This document shows, one piece after another, positions 19,666 to 28,569 of a DNA stretch of 32,000 nt (its first letter is position 1; every line of letters starts with the position of its first letter). Location: the NCBI RefSeq assembly GCF_025643275.1, contig NZ_CP089977.1, positions 1,410,001 to 1,442,000 of the forward strand, in the 5' to 3' direction. This DNA is from Moraxella nasicaprae. Its GTDB lineage: Bacteria > Pseudomonadota > Gammaproteobacteria > Pseudomonadales > Moraxellaceae. The notes below the pieces were generated by a model, which worked only from the letters and a program-made list of their open reading frames with translations, searched no databases and was not told where the DNA came from. Position numbers and translations under genes: made by a program.

Positions 19666-20097
19666 TTAGCGTTTATAATTTGCCAATTCGTTTTTGATGG
19701 TGGTTTGTAGCCAAAGACGCAAATCGCTGGATAGCTGTGCCATATGCTCGCCCAAAAATCCATCAATCTGTGAGCTAAGTTTTTGGTGCAGATGGTGTTC
19801 TAGGGTGCTAAGCTCAGCCGGAGCAATAGTTTGTGTTGGCTCGGTCAGAGCGGTTGTGTCAATGCTATGCACCAGTCTGTTTGGTGGTGTGTGTGATGCA
19901 AAAGCATCATCTGCATATAGTAGCGTATTGATGGTTTGGTCAAAATCAGCATTGGTAAATTCAAATTCTGCCACAGATTCATCGCCATCAAGCAGGCGAA
20001 TGATGTCGTTAAGTTCGTGTTTGAAAGCGGTTTTGACAGAATCAGGGGTGTTTAGCCAATGTTTGGCAAAATAAATACTTGGGGAAAAATTAGCCAT
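19666..20097 (-). CDS. Hypothetical acidic cytoplasmic protein, 34 nt upstream of the monooxygenase gene on the same strand
   Basis: The ORF is 143 aa from ATG 20097 (MANFSPSIYFAKHWL...), with GAGAAG just upstream; the longest ORF starts at TTG 20109. It has no TM helix or signal peptide, and I recognise no family. Confidence 0.5.
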   Translation of the reverse strand: MANFSPSIYFAKHWLNTPDSVKTAFKHELNDIIRLLDGDESVAEFEFTNADFDQTINTLLYADDAFASHTPPNRLVHSIDTTALTEPTQTIAPAELSTLEHHLHQKLSSQIDGFLGEHMAQLSSDLRLWLQTTIKNELANYKR

Positions 20098-20167
20098 AAA
20101 ACTTCTCAAAAGTAAAATTGGATAAACTTAACAAAAATCTCTTGTTATTCTATACAAGCTATTGTAA

Positions 20168-20208
20168 AGCAAAACTGATTCATTGGCAATTCTAAAAGCA
20201 TGAATCAG
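20168..20208 (-). terminator. Terminator-like hairpin downstream of apbE
   Basis: On the minus strand, CTGATTCAT (20208-20200) pairs with ATGAATCAG (20183-20175) across a 16-nt loop. TTTTGCTTT follows. Confidence 0.5.
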
Positions 20209-20230
20209 CCATCAATGAATCATGAATCAC

Positions 20231-21274
20231 TTAGTTGGTCAAAGCCTGAGTTTTGACGATGTCAAAGCCTGATTTGTCGGCATTTTCCACCACAAAAATT
20301 GCCTTGATTTGATTGGCGTTGGCAAGTGTGAGGGCTTCTTGATAAGGTATGGCGGTCAATGCTGTCGCCCAGCCATCTGCCAATGCCACGCTGTCGTGTA
20401 ATACGGTAACGCTGGGGGCATTGCCAGCCACAGGTTTGCCTGAAACAGGATTGATGGTGTGGCTATAACGCACGCCATTATACACCAAAGAATTGCGATA
20501 ACCGCCAGAAGTGGCAATGTGTAGCGTACCATCTTTGGGCTGGCTGATGGTGGTGATGGTTTGGCGATTTTCAATGGTGCTATCAATCGTTGGGGTGTCG
20601 ATGCCTAGCGTCCATGCTTTGCCTTGTGCGTTTTGTCCACTGGTGGCGACCTCCCCGCCAATCTCAACCATATAATTAACCACGCCATAGTTATTTTTTA
20701 GGGTGTTTGCGATGACATCGACCGCATAACCTTTGGCGATTGCCGAAAAATCCAGACCCACGCCATCCACAGATTTTTGCAGTTGATAATTAGTGCCAAT
20801 CTGGCTAAGTTGCACCTTATCCAAGCCTACCAGTTGTTTGGTACTGGCAATGCTATCCTCGCTGGGTGGTGCTTGCAAGCGTTCGACATTCATTTTGCTG
20901 CCAAATCCCCACAGCTCAACCAAAGGATACACTGTTGGGTCAAAAGCGTGCTGGGACGCTTGATAGATGTGCTGACTGTTTTGCAGCACTTGGGCAAAAT
21001 CGCCATCAATGACGATGTTTTGACCGCTGGGTAGGCGATTAAACTTAGAAATCGTACTGTCTGGCATGTAGGTGGACATACTTTGATTGACTGCTTGCAG
21101 GCGAGCATCAATCGTTTGCTGAATGATGGCAGGGTCTTGGTCGCCACCTTGAAAAGTGATGTGATAGCTTGTCCCCATCGTTTGCCCTTCGATGCTTTGG
21201 TAGTCATTTTTTGGCGAGCAGGCGATTAGACAGATGGCAGATAGCGTAAGGGTAGGAATAATAAAATGACGCAT
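20231..21274 (-). CDS. apbE: FAD:protein FMN transferase (ApbE/Ftp family) lipoprotein
   Basis: 347 aa. The signal peptide has the lipobox L-I-A-C-S. ApbE blocks are present: MGTSYHITF, FDPTV.PLVELWGFG, DFSAIAKGYAVD, TSGGYRN, YSHTINP.SGKP, DGWATAL. Confidence 0.88.
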   Translation of the reverse strand: MRHFIIPTLTLSAICLIACSPKNDYQSIEGQTMGTSYHITFQGGDQDPAIIQQTIDARLQAVNQSMSTYMPDSTISKFNRLPSGQNIVIDGDFAQVLQNSQHIYQASQHAFDPTVYPLVELWGFGSKMNVERLQAPPSEDSIASTKQLVGLDKVQLSQIGTNYQLQKSVDGVGLDFSAIAKGYAVDVIANTLKNNYGVVNYMVEIGGEVATSGQNAQGKAWTLGIDTPTIDSTIENRQTITTISQPKDGTLHIATSGGYRNSLVYNGVRYSHTINPVSGKPVAGNAPSVTVLHDSVALADGWATALTAIPYQEALTLANANQIKAIFVVENADKSGFDIVKTQALTN

Positions 21275-21349
21275 AAAAATCTCGGCTTGGTTTGGATAAA
21301 GTGGTTTACATTTTTAGCTGTACGGTCAGCAGGTGTCTGTTTGCTAATT

Positions 21350-21886
21350 TCATCTCTTTTTTTGATACCGCACAAACCCAAAACCAACACCGCTTTTTTC
21401 GTCCGTTTGCTTATCCGACCGCCATACTTCTTTAAAGTCGTCTGTGATGGCAGGATAAAACGCATCGCCCCCAATGTCCAAATCTACTTCGGTGATTTCT
21501 AAAATATCCGCCATATCGATGCTTTGGCGGTAAATCTCACCCCCACCGATGATAAAGAGTTTGCCATCGGTGCAATCATCGCCCGCCAGTTCCAGTACCT
21601 GTTCTAGGCTATGGGCAACCTTAACACCGTCTGCCGTCCAAGTTGTATCTCGTGTGATGACCCAGTTTGTGCGATTGGGCAAGGGTTTGCCAATGCTTTC
21701 AAAAGTCTTTCGCCCCATAATCACCACACCATTTGTGGTAATGGCTTTAAAATGCTTTAAATCGGCAGGGATATGCCACGCAAGCTCGTTGTTTTTGCCG
21801 ATACAGTTTTGGCGGTCGATGGCGACCACATGGACGATTTGAATATTTTTTTGAAGTAACTGATTTTTTAGATTGGATAGGTTCAT
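21350..21886 (-). CDS. folA: Dihydrofolate reductase
   Basis: 178 aa. The blocks VAIDRQNCIGKNNELAWHIPADLKHFKAITTNGVVIMGRKTFESIGKPLPNRTNWVITR and LFIIGGGEIY are canonical type I DHFR. Confidence 0.93.
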   Translation of the reverse strand: MNLSNLKNQLLQKNIQIVHVVAIDRQNCIGKNNELAWHIPADLKHFKAITTNGVVIMGRKTFESIGKPLPNRTNWVITRDTTWTADGVKVAHSLEQVLELAGDDCTDGKLFIIGGGEIYRQSIDMADILEITEVDLDIGGDAFYPAITDDFKEVWRSDKQTDEKSGVGFGFVRYQKKR

Positions 21887-21907
21887 CTTAGTCTCTCATC
21901 TTTTGAG

Positions 21908-22351
21908 TTATTCATAAACATCATTGCTATTTTTGATAAAACAAATGCTTAGTAACCAAAATAACACCTGTCCAAGCACAAAAATAAGTAAGTAATTATT
22001 TTGACAATGATAAATAGATGTATACAATAAATTGGTAAAACCGTTGCTTTCTGTCCACCAGCTTATGAGGGTGCTGACAAGCAGGTAAGTCATGGCAAAA
22101 ATAACATAAATCATTTTATTTTTGCAAAAGCTGAATATCACAACAAATAACAGCCCAACAAGTGCTAATAAGGTGAATACTATGTCATCATCATTTCCAG
22201 AACTGTAAATTTCACTAATTTTCATTATATGTTCTGATGAAAAATAATCAAAACATAAATTCTCAGCAGTAACAAAAAACAAACTAACTGCTGAGATTAG
22301 TAAGGCAATGATGGCAACGGGGCGATATTTGATGCGTGGCATTTTTATCAC
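21908..22351 (-). CDS. Small AT-rich integral membrane protein (about 4 TM helices), unknown function, between thyA and folA
   Basis: A 147-aa ORF whose GTG start at 22351 overlaps the thyA stop (GTGA); an alternative ATG lies at 22342. There are four hydrophobic stretches: [56 protein letters not shown] and [21 protein letters not shown] long open frame in roughly 30% GC DNA is unlikely to arise by chance. Confidence 0.6.
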   Translation of the reverse strand: MIKMPRIKYRPVAIIALLISAVSLFFVTAENLCFDYFSSEHIMKISEIYSSGNDDDIVFTLLALVGLLFVVIFSFCKNKMIYVIFAMTYLLVSTLISWWTESNGFTNLLYTSIYHCQNNYLLIFVLGQVLFWLLSICFIKNSNDVYE

Positions 22352-23190
22352 ACCGCCACATCTGCCTTAATTCTTTCGTGCGACTGATAATCCACAATCT
22401 TAATATCATCAAATGTAAAGTCAAACAAATCTTTAATATCAGGATTTAACTCTAACTGACAAAGTGGCAAAGGCTCACGAGTCAGTTGCAATTTAGCCTG
22501 TTCAAAATGGTTGTGATACAAATGCGTATCGCCCCCTGTCCAAATAAATTCGCCCACTTCTAAATCACAAACTTGGGCAATCATATGAGTCAAAAGAGCG
22601 TAACTGGCAATATTAAATGGCACACCCAAAAATACATCTGCCGAGCGTTGATACAGTTGGCAAGATAGCTTATTATTCACCACAAAAAATTGAAATAAAG
22701 TATGACAAGGCGGTAAGGCAACTTGCCCTGCCTCAATGGGATTCCAGCCAGAGACAATCAGACGGCGAGAATTGGGATTGGTTTTGATTTCATTAATCAG
22801 CCATTTTAATTGGTCAAAGCCATCTTGTTGATAAGTGCCATCAGCGTTTTTGGTCGCTCCAAAATTTCGCCACTGATGACCATACACCGCCCCCAAATCG
22901 CCCTCGGCTCGTCCAAAACGGGCGGTTTGCTCAGCCGTTGCCCACTCGTCCCAAATCGTTACGCCATTGTCTTGCAGATATTTGACATTGGTATCGCCTT
23001 TGATAAACCACAAAAGCTCATAAATAATGGACTTCATATGGACTTTTTTGGTGGTGAGTAGTGGAAAACCGTCCGCCAAATTAAACCGCATTTGATAACC
23101 AAATACGCTACGAGTGCCTGTGCCTGTGCGGTCGCCTTTGTCATCGCCATTGTTTAGGATATGGGATAAAAGTTCTAGATATTGTTTCAT
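22348..23190 (-). CDS. thyA: Thymidylate synthase (ThyA type)
   Basis: 280 aa with the blocks [59 protein letters not shown]. Confidence 0.97.
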   Translation of the reverse strand: MKQYLELLSHILNNGDDKGDRTGTGTRSVFGYQMRFNLADGFPLLTTKKVHMKSIIYELLWFIKGDTNVKYLQDNGVTIWDEWATAEQTARFGRAEGDLGAVYGHQWRNFGATKNADGTYQQDGFDQLKWLINEIKTNPNSRRLIVSGWNPIEAGQVALPPCHTLFQFFVVNNKLSCQLYQRSADVFLGVPFNIASYALLTHMIAQVCDLEVGEFIWTGGDTHLYHNHFEQAKLQLTREPLPLCQLELNPDIKDLFDFTFDDIKIVDYQSHERIKADVAV

Positions 23191-23225
23191 AGCTTGTCTT
23201 GTTTTTAATTGTTAAATTGTATCGT

Positions 23226-24101
23226 TTAGGCTTTTTGCCAGTCGTAAACTTTATTTTTATAAGCCATCACCATCAAAATCACCCCAAAGACAATCATTGG
23301 CAGGCTATACAGTTGCCCTTTACTCATCCAGCCAAAGATGAGTTCATAGCCCACATCAGGCTGGCGGAAAAACTCGGTGGTAAAACGACTGCACCCATAA
23401 CCCAATAAGAATAGGGCAGAAACAGCATAACGAGGACGAGGCTTACTACTAAACCACCATAAGAAGATAAATAGCAATACACCTTCGGTAAAGGCTTGAT
23501 ACAGCTGGCTTGGGTGGCGTGGCAGGAGTAGATAACCACCGATGTTTTGGGCAAGAGCCTGCAAAGAGCTGTCTGAATTGATTAATGCCAAATCAGCGTG
23601 GGCAGCTTGGGGAAAATACATCAGGTGTGAAATGTTGCTGTCAGAGACTCGACCCCATAGTTCTCCGTTGATGAAGTTGCCAATGCGTCCAAACAATAGC
23701 CCTGTTGGCACGCAAGGAGCGATGAAATCCAGCACGGTAAAGGCGGATTTTTGGTATTTTTTGGCAAAAAACCACATCGCAACCAATACGCCTACAAATC
23801 CACCGTGAAAGCTCATGCCACCTTCCCAGACTCGAAACAGGTAGGTGGGATTGGCGATGAATTCGCTAAAATTATACAAAATCACATAGCCAATACGACC
23901 ACCTAAAATCACCCCAACTGACCCAAAGAATACCAAGTCAGACACCATCTCAGCGGTAAAATCATCACGAGATTTGGTGCGTAAGAGTGCCAGTCCATAG
24001 GCTGCCGCAAAGGCAAGTAAATACATCAGTCCATACCAATGAAGCTGGATAAATCCTAAATCCAAAGCAACAGGGTCAATCTGTGGGTGAACGATAGCCA
24101 T
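23226..24101 (-). CDS. lgt: Prolipoprotein diacylglyceryl transferase
   Basis: 291 aa and polytopic, with the blocks IDPVA..LG...LHWYGLMYL.AF, GGRIGYV, GGMSFHGG..G, GR.GNFINGELWGR, RHPSQLY. lgt-thyA linkage is seen in many gamma-proteobacteria. Confidence 0.93.
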   Translation of the reverse strand: MAIVHPQIDPVALDLGFIQLHWYGLMYLLAFAAAYGLALLRTKSRDDFTAEMVSDLVFFGSVGVILGGRIGYVILYNFSEFIANPTYLFRVWEGGMSFHGGFVGVLVAMWFFAKKYQKSAFTVLDFIAPCVPTGLLFGRIGNFINGELWGRVSDSNISHLMYFPQAAHADLALINSDSSLQALAQNIGGYLLLPRHPSQLYQAFTEGVLLFIFLWWFSSKPRPRYAVSALFLLGYGCSRFTTEFFRQPDVGYELIFGWMSKGQLYSLPMIVFGVILMVMAYKNKVYDWQKA

Positions 24102-24186
24102 AAAAATTCCTAAATAAAGAGTGTCAGTAACGATGACTATATAAAAGCCAATCGCTTATAATGTCATCTGCAACATAACCAAAAAA

Positions 24187-24993
24187 TTACAACAGACCGC
24201 TAACCACCAGCTGCACACCAACCACCATCAATAGCACACCAAATGCTCTTTTTAGGGTTTGGGCAGGGAGTGTGTGAGCCAATTTTGCACCAACTTTTGC
24301 CATCACAAAGCTGACAATGCTGATACTGACGAAAGCACCGATATGCACAAAGCCAAGCAGACCGTCTAGATTGAGCTGGCTGACATTGCTTTGCCCAAAC
24401 CAGACAAAGCCTAACGCCCCAGCGATGGCAATGGGTAGTCCACATGCTGCCGAAGTACCCACCGCCTGACGCATTGGCACGCCGTTTTGGCTTAGGTATG
24501 GGACAGTCAGACTGCCACCACCAATGCCAAAGATGGCAGATAGTAAACCAATAATGATGCCTGCAAATCCTTGTTTATAAGGGGTTGGTAGTGGCACATC
24601 GGTGCGTTCTTTATTGGGGAAAAACAGCATTTTGATTGCCATCAAGACAGCACCACCACCCAAAATCGCTTGCAATGATGCACCGTCAATCAAAGTTGCC
24701 ACCCAAGCCCCCACCAGACTACCAAGCACCAATCCCTTGCTCATGTGCTTAAAAATTTCCCAGCGGACACCGCCACGCTTATGATGAGCAGACATAGAGC
24801 TGATGGAAGTCAAAATAATGGTTGCCAATGCCGTGCCTACTGCCACATGAGGGACGATGTCTTGGGGTAAGCCATAAGCGGCCAAAATCCAAATCAGAGC
24901 AGGTACAATCACCATGCCACCACCCACACCAAATAATCCTGCACATAAGCCAGCAACCGTCCCTGCAATGACAAACCAAAGATACATCATCAT
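24187..24993 (-). CDS. TSUP (TauE/SafE, DUF81) family anion permease
   Basis: Polytopic, with the duplicated G.FGVGGG..IVP / FGIGGGSLTVP motifs typical of TSUP. I chose ATG 24993 because a GGAG Shine-Dalgarno lies 5 nt upstream. The ORF track starts at TTG 25011. Confidence 0.8.
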   Translation of the reverse strand: MMMYLWFVIAGTVAGLCAGLFGVGGGMVIVPALIWILAAYGLPQDIVPHVAVGTALATIILTSISSMSAHHKRGGVRWEIFKHMSKGLVLGSLVGAWVATLIDGASLQAILGGGAVLMAIKMLFFPNKERTDVPLPTPYKQGFAGIIIGLLSAIFGIGGGSLTVPYLSQNGVPMRQAVGTSAACGLPIAIAGALGFVWFGQSNVSQLNLDGLLGFVHIGAFVSISIVSFVMAKVGAKLAHTLPAQTLKRAFGVLLMVVGVQLVVSGLL

Positions 24994-25145
24994 TTTTGCT
25001 CCAAAACCCAAAGTCTTTATGATAAATTGTGCTATTATACCGCATTTATTGAGTGATGGGCGTGCGATTTGCCCATTCTTTTATCAAATCGTGCTTGGTT
25101 TGGGGTTGATTTGGCGATTGGTGCCATTAAATTTGGATTTTTTTG

Positions 25146-26060
25146 ATGACAGATAAAGCGATGCATGCCCAAAAATACATCGGTCATGTACTGTGCGAGC
25201 ATTGGCATTTTGATGAGATTGGCAGTACCAATACTGCCTTAATGCAAGCAATACAAGCAGGCGAGTATGATTATCGTCAGTATCATTTGATGACGGCAGA
25301 TAGGCAGTTTGCAGGGCGTGGGCAACATGGACGCTCTTGGATTGGTGCTGTTGGCAATGTGTTTTTAAGTTTGTACCTACCAATGCAGGCGGTGCTTGAC
25401 CAGCCATCAACAACCGCACTATGTCGTTTGTCAGGCATGTTGTCTTTGACAGTGGGGTATCATCTTGCCCAAATGCCATCGCTGTTATCATTAAACCAGT
25501 ACAGACGGCAACAAAATCTACCCATCATTGGGGTAAAATGGGCAAATGATTTGGGTTATTATGATGATAATAAGCAGCTTTTCCAAAAGCTGGCAGGGAT
25601 TTTGATTGAGCCTGTCTATGCCAAGCACCAAGATAAATCAACCTGCGTGGGCGTGATTGTGGGTGTGGGATTGAATGTTGCCAGTACGCCACAGGTTGCC
25701 GATGGGCTGTATCAGGCGACCAGCATGGCTGACTTATGTCAATCGGTTCAGATGCAGATGATGAGTCTGCCACAATGGTATGAGCAGATTGCTGATGCGA
25801 TTTTGGCAGCGATTGTGACGCACAATCAACTGACTAAGCCGTCAGACAGACAGGCATTTGTCCATGCGTTTAATCAAGTGCATCTTTTGACGGATAAATG
25901 GGTGCAGATTTTCACCCAAGACCAGACCAGTCAGGCAGCTCATCAGGGCAAATGTGTTGGCATTGATGAACAAGGGGCACTGCTGCTTGATGAAGAAGGC
26001 TTGATTGTACCTATTTACGCAGGCATGGTACAAAGTTTGATGAATAAGGATAATCAATGA
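25146..26060 (+). CDS. birA: Biotin--[acetyl-CoA-carboxylase] ligase, group I (no N-terminal HTH recognisable)
   Basis: It has the blocks DEIGSTN, the GRGQHGRSW (GRGRxGRxW-type) motif, and VKWANDL. Its stop overlaps the start of coaX (ATGA), the common birA-coaX pairing. The start is ambiguous among TTG 25143, ATG 25146 and ATG 25161. Confidence 0.8.
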   Translation: MTDKAMHAQKYIGHVLCEHWHFDEIGSTNTALMQAIQAGEYDYRQYHLMTADRQFAGRGQHGRSWIGAVGNVFLSLYLPMQAVLDQPSTTALCRLSGMLSLTVGYHLAQMPSLLSLNQYRRQQNLPIIGVKWANDLGYYDDNKQLFQKLAGILIEPVYAKHQDKSTCVGVIVGVGLNVASTPQVADGLYQATSMADLCQSVQMQMMSLPQWYEQIADAILAAIVTHNQLTKPSDRQAFVHAFNQVHLLTDKWVQIFTQDQTSQAAHQGKCVGIDEQGALLLDEEGLIVPIYAGMVQSLMNKDNQ

Positions 26061-26776
26061 TGAAAGCATTATGGATTGATTTGGGTAATACTCGCCTAAA
26101 ATACTGGCTGATTGATGATGGGCAGATATTGGTGCATGATGCCCAAGAACACCTAAAAGCACCCAACGAGCTATTGCTGGGCTTATTGGGTACTTTTGAG
26201 CGATTTCAGCCAGCTTTTATAGGTATTTCTAGTGTTTTGGGTCAGAAAATTAACACCGCCATCGCCACAACCTTGACATTGCTAAACATTCCCTTTGAGT
26301 TTGCCAAAGTTGATGCCAATCACCCATACCTAAAAAGCTACTACGACCATGAGCAGTTGGGCGTGGATAGATGGCTACAAATGTTGGGTGTGGTGGATAA
26401 GTCTTGTCGTCAATGCGTGATTGGTTGTGGTACGGCATTGACCATCGATGTGATGGAGTATGGCGTACATCTTGGTGGATACATCTTGCCCAATGTCTAT
26501 ATGCAAAGGCACGCCTTATATGCAGGCACGCAACAGATAGGGGTCAAGCAAGGGCGATTTGATAGCGTGGCGTTGGGTCAGACGACCTTTGATGCGGTGA
26601 ATCATGGCGTACTATTTGGCATTGTCGGTGCGGTTAAAAACATACAAGCTCAGTACCCAGAACATCGCTTGGTATTGACTGGCGGTGGGGCTTCGATGCT
26701 TAACGCCCATCTGACAGGAGCAAGCATTGATGATAATTTGCTGTTAAAAGGTTTGCAACGCTATTTTGTTAAATAG
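26057..26776 (+). CDS. coaX: Type III pantothenate kinase (CoaX/Baf)
   Basis: 239 aa with an N-terminal LWIDLGNTRLKYW (DxGNT phosphate-1 motif), GVDRW, GTALTIDV and LTGGGA motifs. An AAGGA Shine-Dalgarno is present. Confidence 0.88.
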   Translation: MMKALWIDLGNTRLKYWLIDDGQILVHDAQEHLKAPNELLLGLLGTFERFQPAFIGISSVLGQKINTAIATTLTLLNIPFEFAKVDANHPYLKSYYDHEQLGVDRWLQMLGVVDKSCRQCVIGCGTALTIDVMEYGVHLGGYILPNVYMQRHALYAGTQQIGVKQGRFDSVALGQTTFDAVNHGVLFGIVGAVKNIQAQYPEHRLVLTGGGASMLNAHLTGASIDDNLLLKGLQRYFVK

Positions 26777-26806
26777 TCTTTGACAAAAAATAGCATCATT
26801 AAAATA

Positions 26807-26840
26807 AAAAACCGCTTGTGTGATTCAAGCGGTTTTTTTT
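26807..26840. terminator. Bidirectional rho-independent terminator between coaX and the MAPEG gene
   Basis: AAAAACCGCTTG (26807-26818) pairs with CAAGCGGTTTTT (26826-26837). A run of eight T lies downstream on the plus strand and an A-run lies upstream. Confidence 0.85.
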
Positions 26841-26842
26841 GT

Positions 26843-27253
26843 TTAATTTGACACATAAAAGGCAAAAAAGAACATCATCAGACAGCTCATCAAGCCAATC
26901 ACCCAGCTGACCGAGCGAAAAGTCGCCCAATTAAGAGCATAGCTGATGATAAATAGCAATCTACTGCCCAAATACACCAGTGCCAACTGGTTGATGACGC
27001 TGATGGGAACAAAAGCGTATAACGCCATCAGCACAGCACCGATAAAAATCGCCAGCCCTTCAAAACTGTTGGCTTGGGCGTGGTTAAGTCTGCTTGCTAA
27101 GCCGTGAGTGCTGGCGAGAAATTCTCTGGGCGTGGCATTATCCAAGCGGCGAAAACCGCCAAAAGCCTTCGCAAAAAAAGCACAAAGCAATGGTAAAAAA
27201 ATCACCAAAACCATCAAAATCACGGTCAGGCGAAGCGATGAAAGTGCAAACAC
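26843..27253 (-). CDS. MAPEG-family membrane protein (YecN/membrane glutathione-transferase-like)
   Basis: 136 aa with 3-4 TM helices and the loop RRLDNATPREFLAS...RLNHAQANSFEGLAIF typical of MAPEG. It has a GTG start with a GGAGGG Shine-Dalgarno 8 nt upstream, 17 nt after the osmC-like stop. Confidence 0.65.
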   Translation of the reverse strand: MFALSSLRLTVILMVLVIFLPLLCAFFAKAFGGFRRLDNATPREFLASTHGLASRLNHAQANSFEGLAIFIGAVLMALYAFVPISVINQLALVYLGSRLLFIISYALNWATFRSVSWVIGLMSCLMMFFFAFYVSN

Positions 27254-27270
27254 AGCCCAAACCCTCCGAT

Positions 27271-27684
27271 TTAGCCAGCGATGATTTCAAAATCGTGCGT
27301 GATGTTCACACCGCCAGCTGATAGCATGCGAGAAGCTGAGCAATATTTTTCAGCAGACAGCTCAATGGCTTTGGCGACCTGACTTTCTTTGATGTTTTCG
27401 CCTGTCACCACAAAGTGCAAATGAATGTCGGTATAGACCGCAGGCACGGCATCTGCACGCTTGGCAGTCATTTCGCAGCGAACATCATGAACGACTTGGC
27501 GGGATTTTTTGAGAATAGTAACCACATCATAGCTGGCACAGCCACCAAGCCCAAGCAAAATCAGCTCCATTGGACTGGCACCGTGTTGTTTTTCGCCATC
27601 GATTTGTACATCGTGTCCAGAATGTGAAGTGCCAATAAAATGCACATTGTCTTGCCAAACAACTTTGGCGTTCATCGTTGCCAT
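27271..27684 (-). CDS. OsmC/Ohr-family protein (putative peroxiredoxin/redox protein)
   Basis: From ATG 27684 (AAGGA Shine-Dalgarno upstream) it reads MATMNAKVVWQDNVHFIGTSHSGHDVQIDG....ASPMELILLGLGGCASYDVV....HF.V.G, carrying the two conserved Cys contexts of OsmC-like proteins. The ORF-track N-terminal extension to 27753 is unlikely. Confidence 0.75.
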   Translation of the reverse strand: MATMNAKVVWQDNVHFIGTSHSGHDVQIDGEKQHGASPMELILLGLGGCASYDVVTILKKSRQVVHDVRCEMTAKRADAVPAVYTDIHLHFVVTGENIKESQVAKAIELSAEKYCSASRMLSAGGVNITHDFEIIAG

Positions 27685-27992
27685 ACCAAATTCCTTAAAA
27701 AATGAGTAAAAAGATGATTGGGGATATGTTGGGGTCAGATGGCGTGGTTTCAAGGCAAAAATGGTTTTTTGAGCAAGATTGTTGGATAAATTGAAAGTTT
27801 TTTGACGATTGATTAGTTTATTGATGAAATTATCATAAAAAAACTAATACAGTGAAAATAAACATTGATTTTTTGAAAAAAAGATTACACTTTTTGGTGT
27901 TTTTTTGGTTTAATAGACACCAAGAAATTGCTGATGATTTTTGATGAATGATTTGGCAGTATTTTAATAACTTATAAATTAAGAGTTTCTTT

Positions 27993-28484
27993 ATGATTGA
28001 TGCAGATGGCTTTCGAGCCAATGTTGGCATCATCTTGGTAAATACAAAGGGTCAGGTGCTGTGGGCAAAACGCATCGGACACGACAGTTGGCAATTTCCG
28101 CAGGGCGGTATCAATCGAGGCGAAACACCGTTACAAGCGATGTATCGTGAGCTGTATGAGGAAGTTGGTTTGTATCCTGAGCATGTGGAAGTATTGGCGG
28201 TGACTCGTGATTGGTTGCGTTATCGTTTGCCAAAACGCTATGTGCGAGCAGGGCAAGAGCCTTTGTGTATCGGACAAAAACAAAAATGGTTTTTGTGCCG
28301 ACTTGATGATGAAAATACCAGATACATTCGTTTTGATGTGGATACACCTGAATTTGATGACTGGCAATGGGTTAGTTATTGGTATCCGTTAAGTGATGTT
28401 GTACCATTTAAACGAAATGTTTACCAAAAAGCCTTAGGCGAGCTGATTGAGTCCGTCCCACTGGATAAAGAGCTTCGAGCGTAA
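27993..28484 (+). CDS. rppH: RNA pyrophosphohydrolase (Nudix)
   Basis: [53 protein letters not shown] carries the Nudix box and closely parallels the E. coli RppH N-terminus. Confidence 0.93.
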   Translation: MIDADGFRANVGIILVNTKGQVLWAKRIGHDSWQFPQGGINRGETPLQAMYRELYEEVGLYPEHVEVLAVTRDWLRYRLPKRYVRAGQEPLCIGQKQKWFLCRLDDENTRYIRFDVDTPEFDDWQWVSYWYPLSDVVPFKRNVYQKALGELIESVPLDKELRA

Positions 28485-28489
28485 TACAA

Positions 28490-28523
28490 AAAAGCATCAG
28501 ATAGATTCTGGTGCTTTTTGTTT
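28490..28523 (+). terminator. Rho-independent terminator after rppH
   Basis: AAAAGCATCAG (28490-28500) pairs with CTGGTGCTTTT (28508-28518), with one G-U pair. TTTTTGTTTG follows. Confidence 0.7.
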
Positions 28524-28569
28524 GATTGGTCTAATCAGGGCATGTCGGTCAGACGATTGTGCATTTGTC

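Noticed and set aside
21226-21502. ORFs 21226-21474 (-) and 21266-21502 (+) around the apbE/folA junction
   Set aside because: They overlap the 3' end of folA and the 5' end of apbE, both of which are confidently identified. There are no independent signals.
25084-25491. 135-aa minus-strand ORF opposite birA. Others opposite birA/coaX are 25525-25773 (-), 25842-26162 (-) and 26250-26438 (-).
   Set aside because: They are antisense to genes carrying clear BirA and CoaX motifs, and their translations are low-complexity.
27685-27753. N-terminal extension of the OsmC-like ORF (MKPRHLTPTYPQSSFYSFFKEFG...)
   Set aside because: An internal ATG at 27684 is preceded by an AAGGA Shine-Dalgarno sequence and gives a protein of typical OsmC length. 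The extension is not OsmC-like.
27833-28033. 66-aa minus-strand ORF in the osmC-rppH divergent intergenic region
   Set aside because: It overlaps the rppH start in antisense. It lies in AT-rich promoter DNA, has a Lys/Ile/Leu-rich translation and lacks a Shine-Dalgarno sequence, so it is most likely an artefact.
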